DNA of 64,000 nucleotides from Octopus vulgaris (taxonomy: Eukaryota), in contig OX597824.1 in the NCBI GenBank assembly GCA_951406725.2, positions 40,114,001 through 40,178,000 of the forward strand, written 5' to 3'. Positions 1-13,100 of the stretch are shown piece after piece. Each line of letters opens with the position of its first letter. Within the stretch, counting starts at the first letter, position 1. The notes below the pieces were generated by a model. It made no database searches and had not been told where the DNA came from. It saw nothing but the letters and a program-made list of their open reading frames with translations. The position numbers and the translations under genes were made by a program.

Positions 1-1135
1 GAGTCCTGAGCTTCTCAGCCATTGTTGGGGTTTTGCCTTGTCTATTTCTTTTGCGTTTAATTTAACCCAGTATTTGCCAGGAAGGGGCTTTTCTTGCCAT
101 CGTTTTATCATGAACCGTTGCTGTTCCAGTTTTAGTTTGGATTTCAGTTATTTTACAGCTTTTCTTGTTTCTTCTTATTTTTTTTTTCATAGTTATTAGG
201 TACTACGATCTCTTTTTTTTTCGTATTTGTCAGCTTCCTTAAAGACTGAAAACAGTTTTTTGTTTTGTTTGTGTTTTGAGGATATTTGTATTAGTTTTCC
301 TTGCTTTTGCAGTTCGATGGCCTCTACCACTTTCAATACGTTGTATATATAACCTTTCTATGTCAGATTTTGGGTGGTGCATCCTAAATGCTGTCATTAT
401 TTTTCTTGTTTTCCTGTCTATTTTGATTAGTTGATTTAGAGTTCAGTTAAGGATATTGTAGCTATAACTTATAACTAGGACGGCAAGAGTCTTGAAACCA
501 ATTTTTTTTTTCGCATTGAGCTCTGTTTTCAGTATTAAACTAACTCATCTATAGTATTCTTTTTTTATTTTCCCTTTCATTTGTGTGTGTGTGTTGTATC
601 GTATCTAGTTCATTTATTCCTAAGTATTTGTATGTCTGGCTTTGGTCTAACTCTCTTATTTCATTTTTTTATCTAGTGTGATGTTGCTGCTCTTAACTAG
701 TTTTCAAGGATGCTTTGGCACATTTTTCTAAGCCAAATTTCATGTTTATTTCTTTGATAATCCATGTACTGTCTGTAGTTGTGTTTCCAGCTATTTATCA
801 TTTGTAGCGTACAATTTTAGGACACCCAAATATAAGAGGTGGCTGATTGCTTTGCAGTAACAGTTGTATCCACATCCAGTTCTGTTTAGCATGTCAGATA
901 AAGGTGTCAGTACCAAGCATAAAAGAAGTGGAGAGAGCGTGTCTCTCTGGAATATTCCTCTTCTAATGGGGATGGCTTTGGTTTTTATAAGTCCCTCTCT
1001 TGCCTGGAGCTGTAGCACTGTCTGCCATTTATTCATGGAATGTGTCATATATTTTATGATTATTGGTGCTACTTTGTTCATGGCTGATGTTTCTAGGATT
1101 CATGTGTGGAGAATACTGTCAAAAGTCTTCATTAG
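1..1135 (-). pseudogene. Degenerate R4/Dong-clade non-LTR retrotransposon, reverse transcriptase region
   Basis: The minus strand gives RGIFQRDTLSPLLLCLVLTPLS..ISHLLYLGVLKLYA (decayed GIFQGDxLSP and YMDD motifs). Across frameshifts it continues INMKFGLEKCAK, QTYKYLG, TLAVLVISYS and MHHPKSDIERLY, in the order expected for an R4/Dong RT and thumb. Confidence 0.88.
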
Positions 1136-1137
1136 GA

Positions 1138-1141
1138 TTAT

Positions 1142-1206
<65 letters not shown>

Positions 1207-1235
1207 ATACTAATACTACTAATACTACTACTACA
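1138..1235. repeat. (TAC)n microsatellite
   Basis: Read directly; it explains the poly-T and poly-L ORFs. Confidence 0.95.
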
Positions 1236-1239
1236 ACAA

Positions 1240-1732
1240 AGGTGGAGAACTGGCAGAATCGTTAGCACGCTGGGCGAAATGCTTAATCCGTTTGTCTGTC
1301 CTTGGCTGTCATCTCTGTATTTAGTTCCTTGTGGGTAGTAAAGAAATAGGTATTTCGTCTGCCGCTACGATCTAAGTTCAAATTCCGCCGAGGTCGACTT
1401 TGCCTTTCATCCTTTCGGGGTCGATAAATTAAGTACCAGTTATGCACTGGGGTCGATGTAATCGACTTAATCCCTTTGTCTGTCCTTGTTTGTTCCCTCT
1501 GTGTTTAGCCCCTTGTGGGCAATAAAAAATTAGAATCGTTAGCACGTCAACCAAAATGCTTAGTGCCATTGTGTCTGCCTTTAAGTTCTGAGTTCAAATG
1601 CCACCGAGGTCGACTTTGCCTTTCACTCTTTCGGACTCGATAAATTAAGTACATGTGAAACACTGTGATCGATATAATCGACTAGCCCCCTCCCCCAAAT
1701 TCCAGGTCTTGTGCCTATAGTAGAAAAGAATA
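1240..1732 (+). mobile_element. tRNA-derived SINE family A, nested cluster
   Basis: A-box-like TGGCAGAATCGTTAG, B-box GTTCAAAT and the central GCCTTTCATCCTTTCGGGGTCGATAAATTAAGTACCAG block, which recurs more than 10 times in the window. Confidence 0.85.
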
Positions 1733-1743
1733 TTATTGTTATT

Positions 1744-2213
1744 GAGTGAGAGAGCAGTGCATGCCATCAAAGTGACACTGGGGTAAAATATACGAAGCAC
1801 AGTTTACACATCATGACTACCCGTCTGATAAGGGTACACCAGGCACATGCATCACAACCATATGTGCACGACATGGTGATATCATATCAAGATGAACAGC
1901 GCAGGACCTTGGAGGTGGGGCTCAGTTAGAATTTTCTTCTGGTCGAGTAGCCCATCGCACTCAAAAGGTCTCTGAATAAGGATTGTTTAAGGATGTTGAA
2001 CGAACCACCCATGTTTCCAAAAGTGAATTATCCAAACCTCTAAGAATTGCTTTTAACACATGGCTATGATGCTCCCCCACTACTCCTGCTCATGATCAGA
2101 GATGCACATATCGTCAGCCACTGAGGGACATGGTCATCTGGTTAAGGTCAAACAACTGACATGCAAATCTGTGGTATTGAGCAGAATATTTGCTGTAGCC
2201 CATCTTCTATACC
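1744..2213. mobile_element. Unclassified ~470-bp insert between (TTA)n tracts, probably an interspersed repeat
   Basis: A complex, higher-GC block with sharp TTA-repeat borders and no convincing ORF. Only one copy lies in the window. Confidence 0.35.
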
Positions 2214-2297
2214 ATTATTATTATCATTATTATTATTATTATTATTATCATTATTATTATTATCATTATTATCATCATTATTATTATTATTATTACT

Positions 2298-2510
2298 AAG
2301 GTGGCGAGCTGGCAGAATTGTTAAAACGCTCTAAGTTTTAACCATTCTTGTTAATTGTGTTCACGCTCAAAGTTCAAATGTCGCCGGGGTCGACTTTGCC
2401 TTTCCTCTTTTCGGGGGTCGATAAAATAAGTACCAGTTGAGCACTGTGGTCGATGTGATCGACTTATATCCTTCCCCGAACTTGCTGGCCTTGTGCCAAA
2501 ATTTGAAATC
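2298..2510 (+). mobile_element. SINE family A
   Basis: AAGGTGGCGAGCTGGCAGAA head plus central block, flanked by (TTA)n. Confidence 0.8.
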
Positions 2511-2517
2511 ATTATTA

Positions 2518-2700
2518 TTATTGCCTTCGCCTTAGTCGTGTTTCAGTCGTGTTTGTTTGTTTGTCTGTAGACAAGATAGCTCAAGAACCACTGGATGGAT
2601 TCGGATGTTTGGCCTCATTACTGACATGAACTGATTAGATTTTGAGATCGATCCGGTACCGGACAAGGATTCTGAATTATTTTTTATAGTTTCTTTACTT
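2518..2700 (+). mobile_element. Possible non-autonomous Helentron/DINE-1-like fragment
   Basis: GTTTGTTTGTTTGTCTGT followed by TGGATGGATT and the palindrome ATCCGGTACCGGA resembles HINE/DINE-1 architecture. This is inference only. Confidence 0.35.
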
Positions 2701-2985
2701 TACAGGTATATATAAATTTTCACATAGCCTTCTTGTACATGCTCACACGTACACACATTTTCTGGCTTGAACATTACCATCCCATTTCCATTGGACGCGC
2801 GCGCCGAAACATACCTTTCTCTTTTACAATCAGACATACCCACACTTCAAACGCCGTTTATCGGCTTTTTTCACTCCATCCTTCGTTATTCATCTATCAC
2901 CCCTTCCTTTCTCATTCATTCGACGCTTCCTTTGCTACCTTCACCTCTAAGTCCGGTTCTGTTGTATGTATATATATATATATGC

Positions 2986-3017
<32 letters not shown>

Positions 3018-3018
3018 G

Positions 3019-3108
<90 letters not shown>

Positions 3109-3722
3109 AACAAACTGAGGAAAAGAAATCCTTCAAAGATGCGTGTTAAACATCCAATTCACTGGTACCTTAGTGGGATACCATATAAATATTGGTATAA
3201 TTTAATAATAAAGATAAATTAAATATAGAGATATTCCATTGACATTCAATAATTTATTTATGTTACAATATTACATTAAATACTATGAATATAATATATA
3301 AGATAACATAATATATAAATAATTATAAAAACTGTAAAACTCGACTTACATTTTTTCTGACATACAAAATCACAGTTCAATTATACATAAGTCACTTCAG
3401 AGTCCATCGGTTCAGAAAAACGAAATTCGATCTGGGAAGGACGGCTGGATTGTAAACGTTTCAACAATTTTAACACTTTACAGTATACTTACATATATAC
3501 ATAATTCTATATATCGATCTAATACAACAGGATTACTAAAGGAAGACCGGAATTTAAGAGAAAAGAAAACCAGAAGGTCTCATGATATTCATTGTAGGAT
3601 TTTAATTTCAGATATTCTCATTTTAAAAATCATCTTTTGTTAATCGTTGAAAGGACGTTGGGGTTTGCGTTGGTTTGCAAATGGAGGTTTGCGCTTTCAG
3701 AGTGTTCTTGTTATTATTAACA

Positions 3723-3860
<138 letters not shown>

Positions 3861-3861
3861 T

Positions 3862-4500
3862 TAAGGCGGCGAGCTGGCAGAAACGTTAGCACGCCGGGCG
3901 AAATGCTTAGCGGTATTTCGTCTGCCGTTACGTTGTGAGTTCAAATTCCGCCGAGGTCGACTTTGCCTTTTATCCTTTCGAGGTCGATAAATTAAGTACC
4001 AGTTACGCACTGGAGTCGATGTAATCGACTTAATACCTATGTCTGTCCTTGTTTGTCCCCTCTGTGTTTAGCCCCTTGTGGGTAATAAAGAAATAGAAAT
4101 AGGTATTTCGTCTGCCGTTACGTTCTGAGTTCAAATTCCTTCGAGGTCGACTTTGCCTTTCATCGTTTCGGGGTCGATAAATTAAGTACCAGTTACGCAT
4201 TGGGGTCGATGTAGTCGACTTAATCCCTTTGTCTGTCCTTCTTTGTCCCCTGTGTTTAGCCTCTCGTGGGTAGTAAAGAAATAGGTATTTCGCCAGTTGC
4301 TACGTTCTGAGTTCAAATTCCACCGAGTTCGACTTTACCGTTCATCCTTTCGGAGTAATAAGCTAAGTACCAGTGAAAACACTGGATACAATGTAATCCC
4401 CGCAAAACATAAATTTCAGGCCTTGTGCCTATAGTAGAAGGGATTATTATTAAGGCGGCGAGCGGGCAGAAAACCATTACTGTGTCGGATAAAATGCCTC
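3862..4500 (+). mobile_element. SINE family A array: head, three body units, then a further head fragment
   Basis: The body restarts at AGGTATTTCG near 4101 and 4283, immediately after the AAAGAAAT tail. Confidence 0.88.
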
Positions 4501-4829
4501 GGACGCATTCTTGTCTTATCTTCGATCTACTGATTCTTTACGATTGTCGCATTTCTCCTTTATATGATTTTCATATAACATTTACAAATTTTCCACGGCT
4601 TTCTATCAGTCATGGTGCAATTTATACTATATCATGATTGACACAGTTCTTACTGAAGAGATTTTCTGTTTTAAATCACTGTCACCCACTTTTAATTATC
4701 CTACTTGAACTGTTTGAATACTTCGGTTATTTGGGGGTGAAGGAATTGTTTCGTTTTGTTTTGATTTTTTTCACAACCTCTCAGTTTTTTTAGATAATCT
4801 TTCGTCCACTTGTTTTAACCAGGTTATGT

Positions 4830-5217
4830 GTTTGTGTATCTGTTCTGTTTTTGTTTTTATTTCATTGCACCTAAGTAGCAAAACAGTTGTTTTAATCCTC
4901 GTCAGCCATACTTGATATCTCTATCTAATTTCTCCATCTAATACATGGTTTCTAATCGTTCCTGTCTCCCCTTATATATATCGCCATGTTGATTCGCTAG
5001 CCTCTGCACGCATTTGTTTTCTCTCCTTCTTTCTGTGTTTCTTCTCTGTGTATCTTTCTGTTGAAGAGCGTAGGCTCGAAACGTTAAAGACTTGTTTTAT
5101 TTATATTCCTGAGTGCCATACTAATACAATTGTTTGTTTGTATTCCACCTGCCTTCGTCTTTTGTTTATTTCCGTAAACCTGCCTTCGTCTTTTGTCTGT
5201 TTTCATAAAGCTTCCCG

Positions 5218-5219
<2 letters not shown>
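4830..5219 (+). mobile_element. Penelope-like non-autonomous terminal fragment ending in (TA)n
   Basis: Carries a hammerhead-like motif at 5053-5090. Positions 5082-5218 recur in reverse at 24084-24191, with related ends at 43326-43432 and 57290-57382. Confidence 0.6.
5053..5090 (+). ncRNA. Minimal type-I hammerhead-like motif with variant core CUGUUGA
   Basis: UCUUU-CUGUUGA-A-GAGC-GUAG-GCUC-GAAAC-GUU-AAAGA: 5-bp stem I, 4-bp stem II and a palindromic AACGUU stem III. Confidence 0.6.
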
Positions 5220-5287
<68 letters not shown>

Positions 5288-5594
5288 TTTGTTTATGTTC
5301 CCGAAATATCGCAGTTCGGCAAAACTAATCGATAGAATGACTACCATAGTTGGTAAAGAATAAGTACTGCGGTCGATTTGTTTTTTCTAAACCTTTCAAG
5401 ACGCTGTCCTCAATAAATAAAGCAACGAAAGATTAAAAGAAAAAATATATATATATATAAATAGAGAGAAAGAGAGAAAGACTAGCCAGTATATAGCTAG
5501 TACTACAAAATAGACATCCTAACCAAAAGAAGTACATGAAAAATACGAAAACATGCTGAAGAAATGCAATTAATCTTACTGTTACCATCAATAG

Positions 5595-5737
5595 GAGGCG
5601 ATTTCACATGTTTAAGACATAAACAGAAAAAGCCGTTAAGGTTCAGTCACTCGATTCCTGAATCTCTAAAGACTAAGATCAAAGAGAACTACTTCCAATA
5701 TTCTAAGTGTCGAGACAGTGGAAATGATAGGCAGGAA
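5595..5737 (+). CDS. Candidate internal coding exon of an unidentified gene (phase 1 to 0)
   Basis: CTTACTGTTACCATCAATAG acceptor and GTGAGT donor. One frame is open: [47 protein letters not shown]. The sequence is unique in the window. Confidence 0.45.
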
Positions 5738-5891
5738 GTGAGTGTTTCTATAGCAACAAATATAATGGTTGCATAATTATCAGGAAAAAAAAAACTCCTA
5801 GGTTTGTTTGAATTGACATATATGCGTACGCGCGCGCGCAAATGTGTGTGTGTGCGTGCGTATGATGTTTGCGCATGTGTGTATGTGCATG

Positions 5892-5947
<56 letters not shown>

Positions 5948-6191
5948 ATATATAAGCATATATATATATACACACATACACACATACATATATATGCATA
6001 TATATATACATATATATACATATATATATATATATGCATATACATACATGTATATGCATGTGTATGTTTAAATCATATATACAGATCGGTATCTCCCACT
6101 CTCTCATGCTTTGCGAATACATGTACTATGTGTAGGTGTGTGTATATATCTACATATATATGTGTGTATATACATGTATATATATATATGT

Positions 6192-6249
<58 letters not shown>

Positions 6250-6310
6250 TAACAGAAAAATGTCTGTCTCTTTCAAGAGACGTTTTCAAAGAGTAGCTTA
6301 ATTAGAGATA

Positions 6311-6375
<65 letters not shown>

Positions 6376-6566
6376 TTAAAAATATATAGTCAACAATACA
6401 GCCAAGGAATAGGACGAAGATTTCAATAAAATTTTCTACAGAATAGAATTAAATGAAAAAGGAAAAACACTTGTTTACCACCATAGGAAAAATTGTGTAA
6501 GTAAAAATTAAATTTCTTATTTTCTTTATAACTTTGCAGACTCTCTGAGGAGTAAAGGAGTAAAGT

Positions 6567-6895
6567 ACCCCTTCAGTCATGAATAACCATTGGATTGCTC
6601 GTAGAAAGTTCCCCTCCTAGGCACAAGTCCTAGAATTGTTGTTTGTGGAAGACCAGCAGTCGCCTACGCATACCAGCTTCCCATTTCCACGGCACCGATG
6701 TTGTCCAAAAGAAAGGCAAAGGTTGATAAAGCTTAGTACCAGTGACGTCGCAACTCATTTCTAGAGATGGGTGAATTGGAACAGCGTGAAATAAAGTGTC
6801 TTGCTCAAGAAGACAACGCACAGTCGGCTCCGGAAAACAAACTCACAATCTCATGATTGTAAGTTCGACGCTCTAACCACTGAGCCATGCGCTTT
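6567..6895 (-). mobile_element. tRNA-derived SINE family C, near full length
   Basis: Head GCGCATGGCTCAGTGGTTAGAGCG and CORE-like TTCTTGAGCAAGACACTTTATTTCAC. Homologous to the copies at 30241 and 30958. Confidence 0.85.
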
Positions 6896-8556
6896 CACTA
6901 GGTTCTCTGAGACAAATGAAATTAATGCTGTTTTATTGCGTTTAAATTGTCGCAAGTCGACACACGCAAGTAAGACATAAGCGAGAAAGGAATTCCTGGA
7001 GACCGACGATCCAAGGAAGAAGGAAGTGGTATGTGGTTAGTGCTGAAGCTTGTAGGAATGGACATTGAGTGTGCTGTGAAAGGACGAGATACGAGTGAAT
7101 CGGTAGTGAGAGTATTAGAAATTGGGAAATACCGATATTTAGTGCGAAGAGTATAACTTATTAAGTAACTTTGATAGAGTTTTTAGGTTTGATTGATAAC
7201 AGTGCATCGAAAATAAAAATATTGTTCATAAAACAATAGCGATAATGGATTATATATAAATTTTCCCTTTGTTTCCTTCGTACCATCAGAAAATAAACCT
7301 CTTCCGATCGCATTTGTAAAAGCAAGCAAGAATAATTATATAGCATGCTGTTTGATAACACAGGTTAAAATTATACGGAATTAGAACATAGTAAATGTAA
7401 TATCTTAACTTACAATTTCAATAAAGACGGATTTATGTAAATGTGTTTGTGAGAATTTACAAAGCTATCGTATTGTGTTGCAAAATGTATTTTGAAAAAT
7501 GTACTTACGTAGTTTCGTGTTTGACGAAGTCGATTGGAATAATAGGCCATAGGCATGTTCGTGTATTACGCTGTCAATTGAATATATCCTGAAGAGACAA
7601 ACGTATAAACTTTTCGTCAGTAAACAGAAAATCAAGTTATGTACATGTTTTTAAACTGCTGAAAATTCTTCAGGAGATAGCGAGCCAAGAGCGAATTTGG
7701 CTGCAGGCGAAAACTAAGCATCGTGAGCAAAGTAAAATGCGAACATTTACTCGTGGCTATGTACGATAGTAAAAAGAGGAACTTGTCGTGTGTTCTCTTT
7801 AATGCTCAGTCCTCCGTCGGTTTTGACGACGAGCATTCAGTTGTTTAATCAACTAAATGTCTTACTCGTTAAATTAACAGGCAAGTGGTTGAGTATTCCA
7901 TAGACGCGTGTACATAATTCTCTTAGCATAATTCTCAGACAGAATTAGTTTGATTTAGTATGTGACGCGGCTGGAACCTTAAAGTAGAGATATAATCCAC
8001 CAGGCACGATTCCACTCGAAATCGCTGTATGTACGAATGGAACTCATATGTACGAATGGAACTTCTTAACCATTCAATCAAGCATGTCTGCGTCCAAGCA
8101 GTTGGCTTATTCTTTAGCTAGGAAAAAAAGCTGCCAGTGTACAAGATTTTTAGTGGATAATATGACACATGTGACCGAGCAGTGAAACTAGACTATCTTC
8201 TGCATTATGTTGTAAGACATGTAAAAAGAAAGAAGAAAAAAAGAACAAATATTATTAAGGATATTACTTTAAATTAAGTCATTTTATTTGATTAATTGAA
8301 ATAGAAGAATTAATTTATTGAGAGCTTAAAAATTTATAATTAAAGATATAAAGGAAGCGGTTAAAGATTAAACATTTGGACGAAATAGTAAAAAAGAAGT
8401 TTAATCTAATATATTTGTGTGAATTGATTTGGTCAGAACATGTGCGAATGATTTCGAAGAGAAACAAATGTTTAATAACGAATCTCGATGCATGCAAGTG
8501 AAACAGCATTAAATTAAAATAGTCACTTGTATACAATACATAACATATACACGCAG

Positions 8557-8774
8557 TTCAAAAGCATGATGTTTTTGGCTGCGAGAAAATTTCTTCATTG
8601 ATAAGTTACGTCAGAAACAAAATATATAATGAAAACAAGACGAACACCGCCATAGCAGGGGCTTACGTGAACATCAGATGCGTTCCGACCTTCCTGGGCG
8701 TGGTTAATGGCGAGTACTTGCCAGTCACATGCCTTAACGAATTTTGCTCCTTCGTATACATAGGAAAAATCTGA
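8557..8774 (+). CDS. Candidate terminal coding exon encoding a Cys-containing unknown protein
   Basis: A CAG acceptor is followed by 71 open codons (QKHDVFGCEKISSLISYVRNKIYNENKTNTAIAGAYVNIRCVPTFLGVVNGEYLPVTCLNEFCSFVYIGKI) and a stop. GC is raised relative to the flanks and AATAAA lies near 9136. An antisense exon reading competes. Confidence 0.5.
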
Positions 8775-9207
8775 TAATGCATTCGCTGAAATTGCCGAAA
8801 ATTGCTGGACTGTAACAAACTTGGTTTACGCAATTAAAACAACATTTAATTAAAATAGCTATCTGTGTACCAACACAATGTATATACACAATTGAAATAC
8901 ATGTTGCTGTGGATTTTGTTTTCAAGAAAATCTCTTCATAGGCATGTGTTAAAAACAATATATGTAGGACCGAGACGAACGTCGTAACAGTAGTGACTCA
9001 TGAAAACGCCAGGCGTATTTCAGCCTTCTTGTGCTAAAATTAATAATTGATATGAATTAAATTCGATACATATATTTGTTATAATGATTAGAAACCAAAG
9101 GCAATTGAATTATGGATAATTGATAAAAGAAGTAAAATAAATTCTGGTCAAACAGCAGGGATTATTTTAAATCTACACAACAAATCAGATAAATAACCCG
9201 TTCCAGT

Positions 9208-9720
9208 AAAAGCACAAGGCCTGAAATTTAGAGGGAGGAGACTAGTCGATTACGTCAACTTCAATGTTTTCACTGGTATTCAGTTCATTGACCCTGATAT
9301 GTTCAATGTCGACGGAATTTGAAGTCAGAACGTAGCGGCAAACAAAATGCCGCGAAGCATTTCGCCTGGCGTACTAACGTTTCTTATTTCTTTACTGCCC
9401 ACAAGGGGCTACACACAAGGGGGGCAAGCAATGACAGACAAACGGATTATATCGACCCCAGTGCATAACTGGTACTTATTTAATCAACCTCGAAAGGATG
9501 AAAAGCAAAGTCGACCTCGGCGGAATTTGAACTCAGAACGTAGCGGCAGACGAAATATCTAATTCTTTACTACCCACAAGAGGACAAACAAGGACAGACA
9601 AACAGATTAAGTCGATTATATCGACCCCAGTGCGTAACTGGTACTTATTTAATCGACCCTGAAAGGATGAAAGGCAAGTTGATCTCGGTGGAATTTGAAC
9701 TCAGAACGTAACGGCAGACG
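9208..9720 (-). mobile_element. SINE family A nested cluster
   Basis: Three reverse-oriented central blocks with family A tails. Confidence 0.82.
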
Positions 9721-9865
9721 TTCATTAAATTTATTTTTTGCCAAGTTCACCAAAATTCCTGACTTTTAGCAGTCTCTTCTAAATTACAAATTTTTTTTGT
9801 TCCCTATAAATAAATCCTTAATATTTCAATTAATTATCTAATCCAAAGTAAACCCCTTAATCACA

Positions 9866-10087
9866 TGTTTGTCCCCTCTATGTTTAGCCCCTTGTGGGCA
9901 ATAAAGAAATAGGTATTTCATCTGTCTTTATGTTCTGAGTTCAAATCCGCCGAGGTCGACTTTGCTTTTCATCCTTTCGGGGCCGATAAATTAAGTACCA
10001 GTTGCCAGTTGCGTACTGAGGTCGATCTAATCGACTGTCCCACTCCCCAAAACTTTCGGGCCTTGTGCGTAGAGTAGAAAAGAATAT
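9866..10087 (+). mobile_element. SINE family A (tail 1, body, tail 2)
   Basis: AAAGAAAT-AGGTATTTC junction plus central block. Confidence 0.8.
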
Positions 10088-10973
10088 TTGTTTCTGACAT
10101 AGGCACATGTCCTGAAAATTTTAAGTGGAGGAGTTTAGCCTATGAGATTTGCCCTTTTATTAACTGCTATTATATTTTATCAGACCTGGTGTGATGAATG
10201 GCCAAGTTGACTTCGGTAGGATTTGAACTAAGGACGTACAGAGCCAGAACAGATAATGTAATGCGACACTCAAACAATTCCAGCAATCGTGTATCTAATA
10301 TTATTTGTTTCAAATTTGGGCACAAGTCCAGAAATTTTAGGGGCAGAGCAGATAATTCGATTATTCCGACCCAGTACTCAACTGGTGCTTTATTTTATTA
10401 ACTCCTCCGAAAAAAATAATGGCGATGTCGACATTGGCAGGGTTTTAACTCAGAACGTAACGAGCTGGAAGAAATTACGCACTTTTCTTTATACGCTAAC
10501 GAGTCCTCTAATTAGCTGCCTTCGTGTGTTTAATAATACTAAAAAGATGATGTGTCTAGGTCTGTCACGCGATGAGATCGATCCCGAGACCTCATAATAA
10601 GAAAGTAAAAGTCCAATGCAATCGACTAATACCTAAGGCCTGCATTACCTATAGAGGAGCAAAGAGCATAAGTTTTTGCTTTTCCCAATGGCATTGCGTA
10701 GTATGAGTGATGTATTTGATCAGCTTTAATTTTGTTTTGTTTTGTTCTGAAACTTCTGCAATATTGAACGCATTGTTCATTATCTATAAAAGACTAATTA
10801 GTGTTCAAACTTAGCGAGAGGCTATTAAAAAGGCCACGATAATCGCAAATTACTGTCAAATTAGAATTTTAATTGAGAATTAATATTTACAACACAATAA
10901 GAAATTCAAGTTTATTAGGTGGATTTTTTTTTTTTTTTTGCTTCATAAAAGCAATTAATTCTGTCATGCTATG

Positions 10974-11029
<56 letters not shown>

Positions 11030-11509
11030 GTATATACATAAACATACATGATGTATAGGTACAGTGTGTATAAATTAAATATATGTGTGTGTGTGTGTGT
11101 GTGTATTCGGTACTTTGCCATCTGCCTTTAGTTGAAGGACATGCTCGAATGTACCACCAAACTGTTTCTATTCCTGACAACACTCATGCAGAGCACTTTG
11201 GCACTCAAAATGACTGACAGATATAGAGTGACGGAAATATAGAGATATTGACAAATTGTGTTTAAAAACTTTTTTAACTTGCAAGCTATTACATCTCCGT
11301 TTTTTTTTTTGTTAAATGCTCCAAATTTAATTAGAATGTCCGCCCGTTGCTGAAATAAATATTTTTTTTTTATAATTTACTAAACTACTAAGTATGCGCA
11401 AGGTTGTGAGGAACACAATGCACAGGAAAATACATTTACATACATACATACATTCATACATACATACATACATACATACATAACACACAAATAATAGTTG
11501 TTGTTGTTG

Positions 11510-11567
<58 letters not shown>

Positions 11568-13100
11568 CTTCTTTCAATTCTGTTTTCATTTCTTGCCGAG
11601 AAACGCAGAGAAACGTCCTGTAAACATTGGTAGGCCATTAAAACAAGCACACTGGATTGTTCATTTACAGAGTCATGTGATAGAGAAAAGGGGGAAGACA
11701 GAGAGAAAGAGGAAAAAATATAAAAAATAGAAAAGTAAACAAATAAAGGGGGAAAAGGGAAAGAAAATTTACCTGTGATGTACCAGTTAAGACAATCTAT
11801 TGTACTTCCGGTATGGATGGTAAGCCAGGGATCATTCTTAAATAATTTTCAGTTCCTTTTTTGATCATACAATTACTGGTAGTCTAAACGTCTTGAGACG
11901 CCGTATCTTTTCGATTTCGCTTAGCAGATCTTTATATTTTCTGAGCTTATCAAATTCTTTTGCCGGGACATTATGGTCACAGGGTATACAGCTTTGTTCC
12001 TTTTATCCCTTACTGATTGTTTAATTCGGTTAATCTCTAATTCAGTTAGTAATTTCATTTTGATAATGTTTCTTCTGACGTTGGCAAGTTTGTTACTGTA
12101 GAGTCTTACTTCAAGGTGTTTCTGTCTCCCGTTTAAGTAGGTTTGTACAGTATTAGATTTATTTGTGGGGAAATATATGGCATGATAGAAGACGGTAAGA
12201 ACTTATTTATTATAAGATAAGTCGATTGTCCTGGATGTGAACGATAACAAAGGCAGTGCTTTTAGACTCCCATTATGTTTCTTTTTCTTGACATCAACAC
12301 CCACGTTTTCTACTGCAATATTTGTGGCCTTGATCAAATTATTTGTTTCTGTGATGTTTTTTGTCCTGATGTATTTCAGAATTTCATTGACATATTTCGT
12401 TTCTTGGTTCAATTTCCATCGATCAACTATTTTAAGGTTGCAAATAATGTCGCTATCGTTCTCCTGTAGTCTTACCTTTATTCTGCTGTAGATTGCCTTT
12501 TGTTCATCTGTCATGTCGCCATAAGTTTTACTGTCTTCTTTTAGATCATCTATATGTCTCTCATCAAGTAAACTACCACTGCTCCTTTCCTGTGCTATGA
12601 GATTACACTTATTAGTAAGAACTCTTTTTTCTTTGTTATCTCTGCTGCTATTTTCCATGACCCGTCTTTTGATAGCTTCCAACGCTCCTTCGGTGGACCA
12701 ACAATTTTTTCTTATTGCTCTAGCTTGATTACATAGTCTTTGTCGCGTTAGTTGAAACAATCCATTTTCTCTCCAATGAGCATACATACGTTGTCGGTAA
12801 CCCCTAATTTGAGCACCATTTTCCTCTACCGAGCTGCTCAGATAGTAACCCTCCTTGACCACAGCATTAATTTGCTTGCTCCATCTACGCCGAGTGTGGT
12901 GGTACATTTCTGGATATCGACAGGCTGGAGCCAGACTAGAATCTCTGAGCCTACCGAGTGTAACACTGTCACTATCATTGGCTTCAGTTTCATTACTACC
13001 GTTATTCACAATATTTTGTTTTTTCATTGTCACTTATATGAGGTAGCGATTATCAGGTTGCGCAATTACCAGTGTTTTTATTGTGACACTATCACTAGAT
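11568..13100 (-). mobile_element. Internally deleted R4/Dong-like LINE ending in (TAA)n
   Basis: ORF 12203-13033 has the Dong/R4-type N-terminus RRRWSKQINAVV..YY..RGYRQRM..W..QRLCNQARAIRKN. Positions ~11810-11990 encode IPCDHNVPAKEFDKLRKYKDLLSEIE..LPVIV (restriction-like endonuclease). No RT is visible between them. Confidence 0.85.

Noticed and set aside
3862-4445. CRISPR-like regularly spaced repeats
   Set aside because: The units are ~185-bp SINE bodies with no unique spacers, the context is eukaryotic, and there are no cas genes.
6975-7156. 60-codon purine-rich open frame
   Set aside because: No start or splice support and no recognisable motif.
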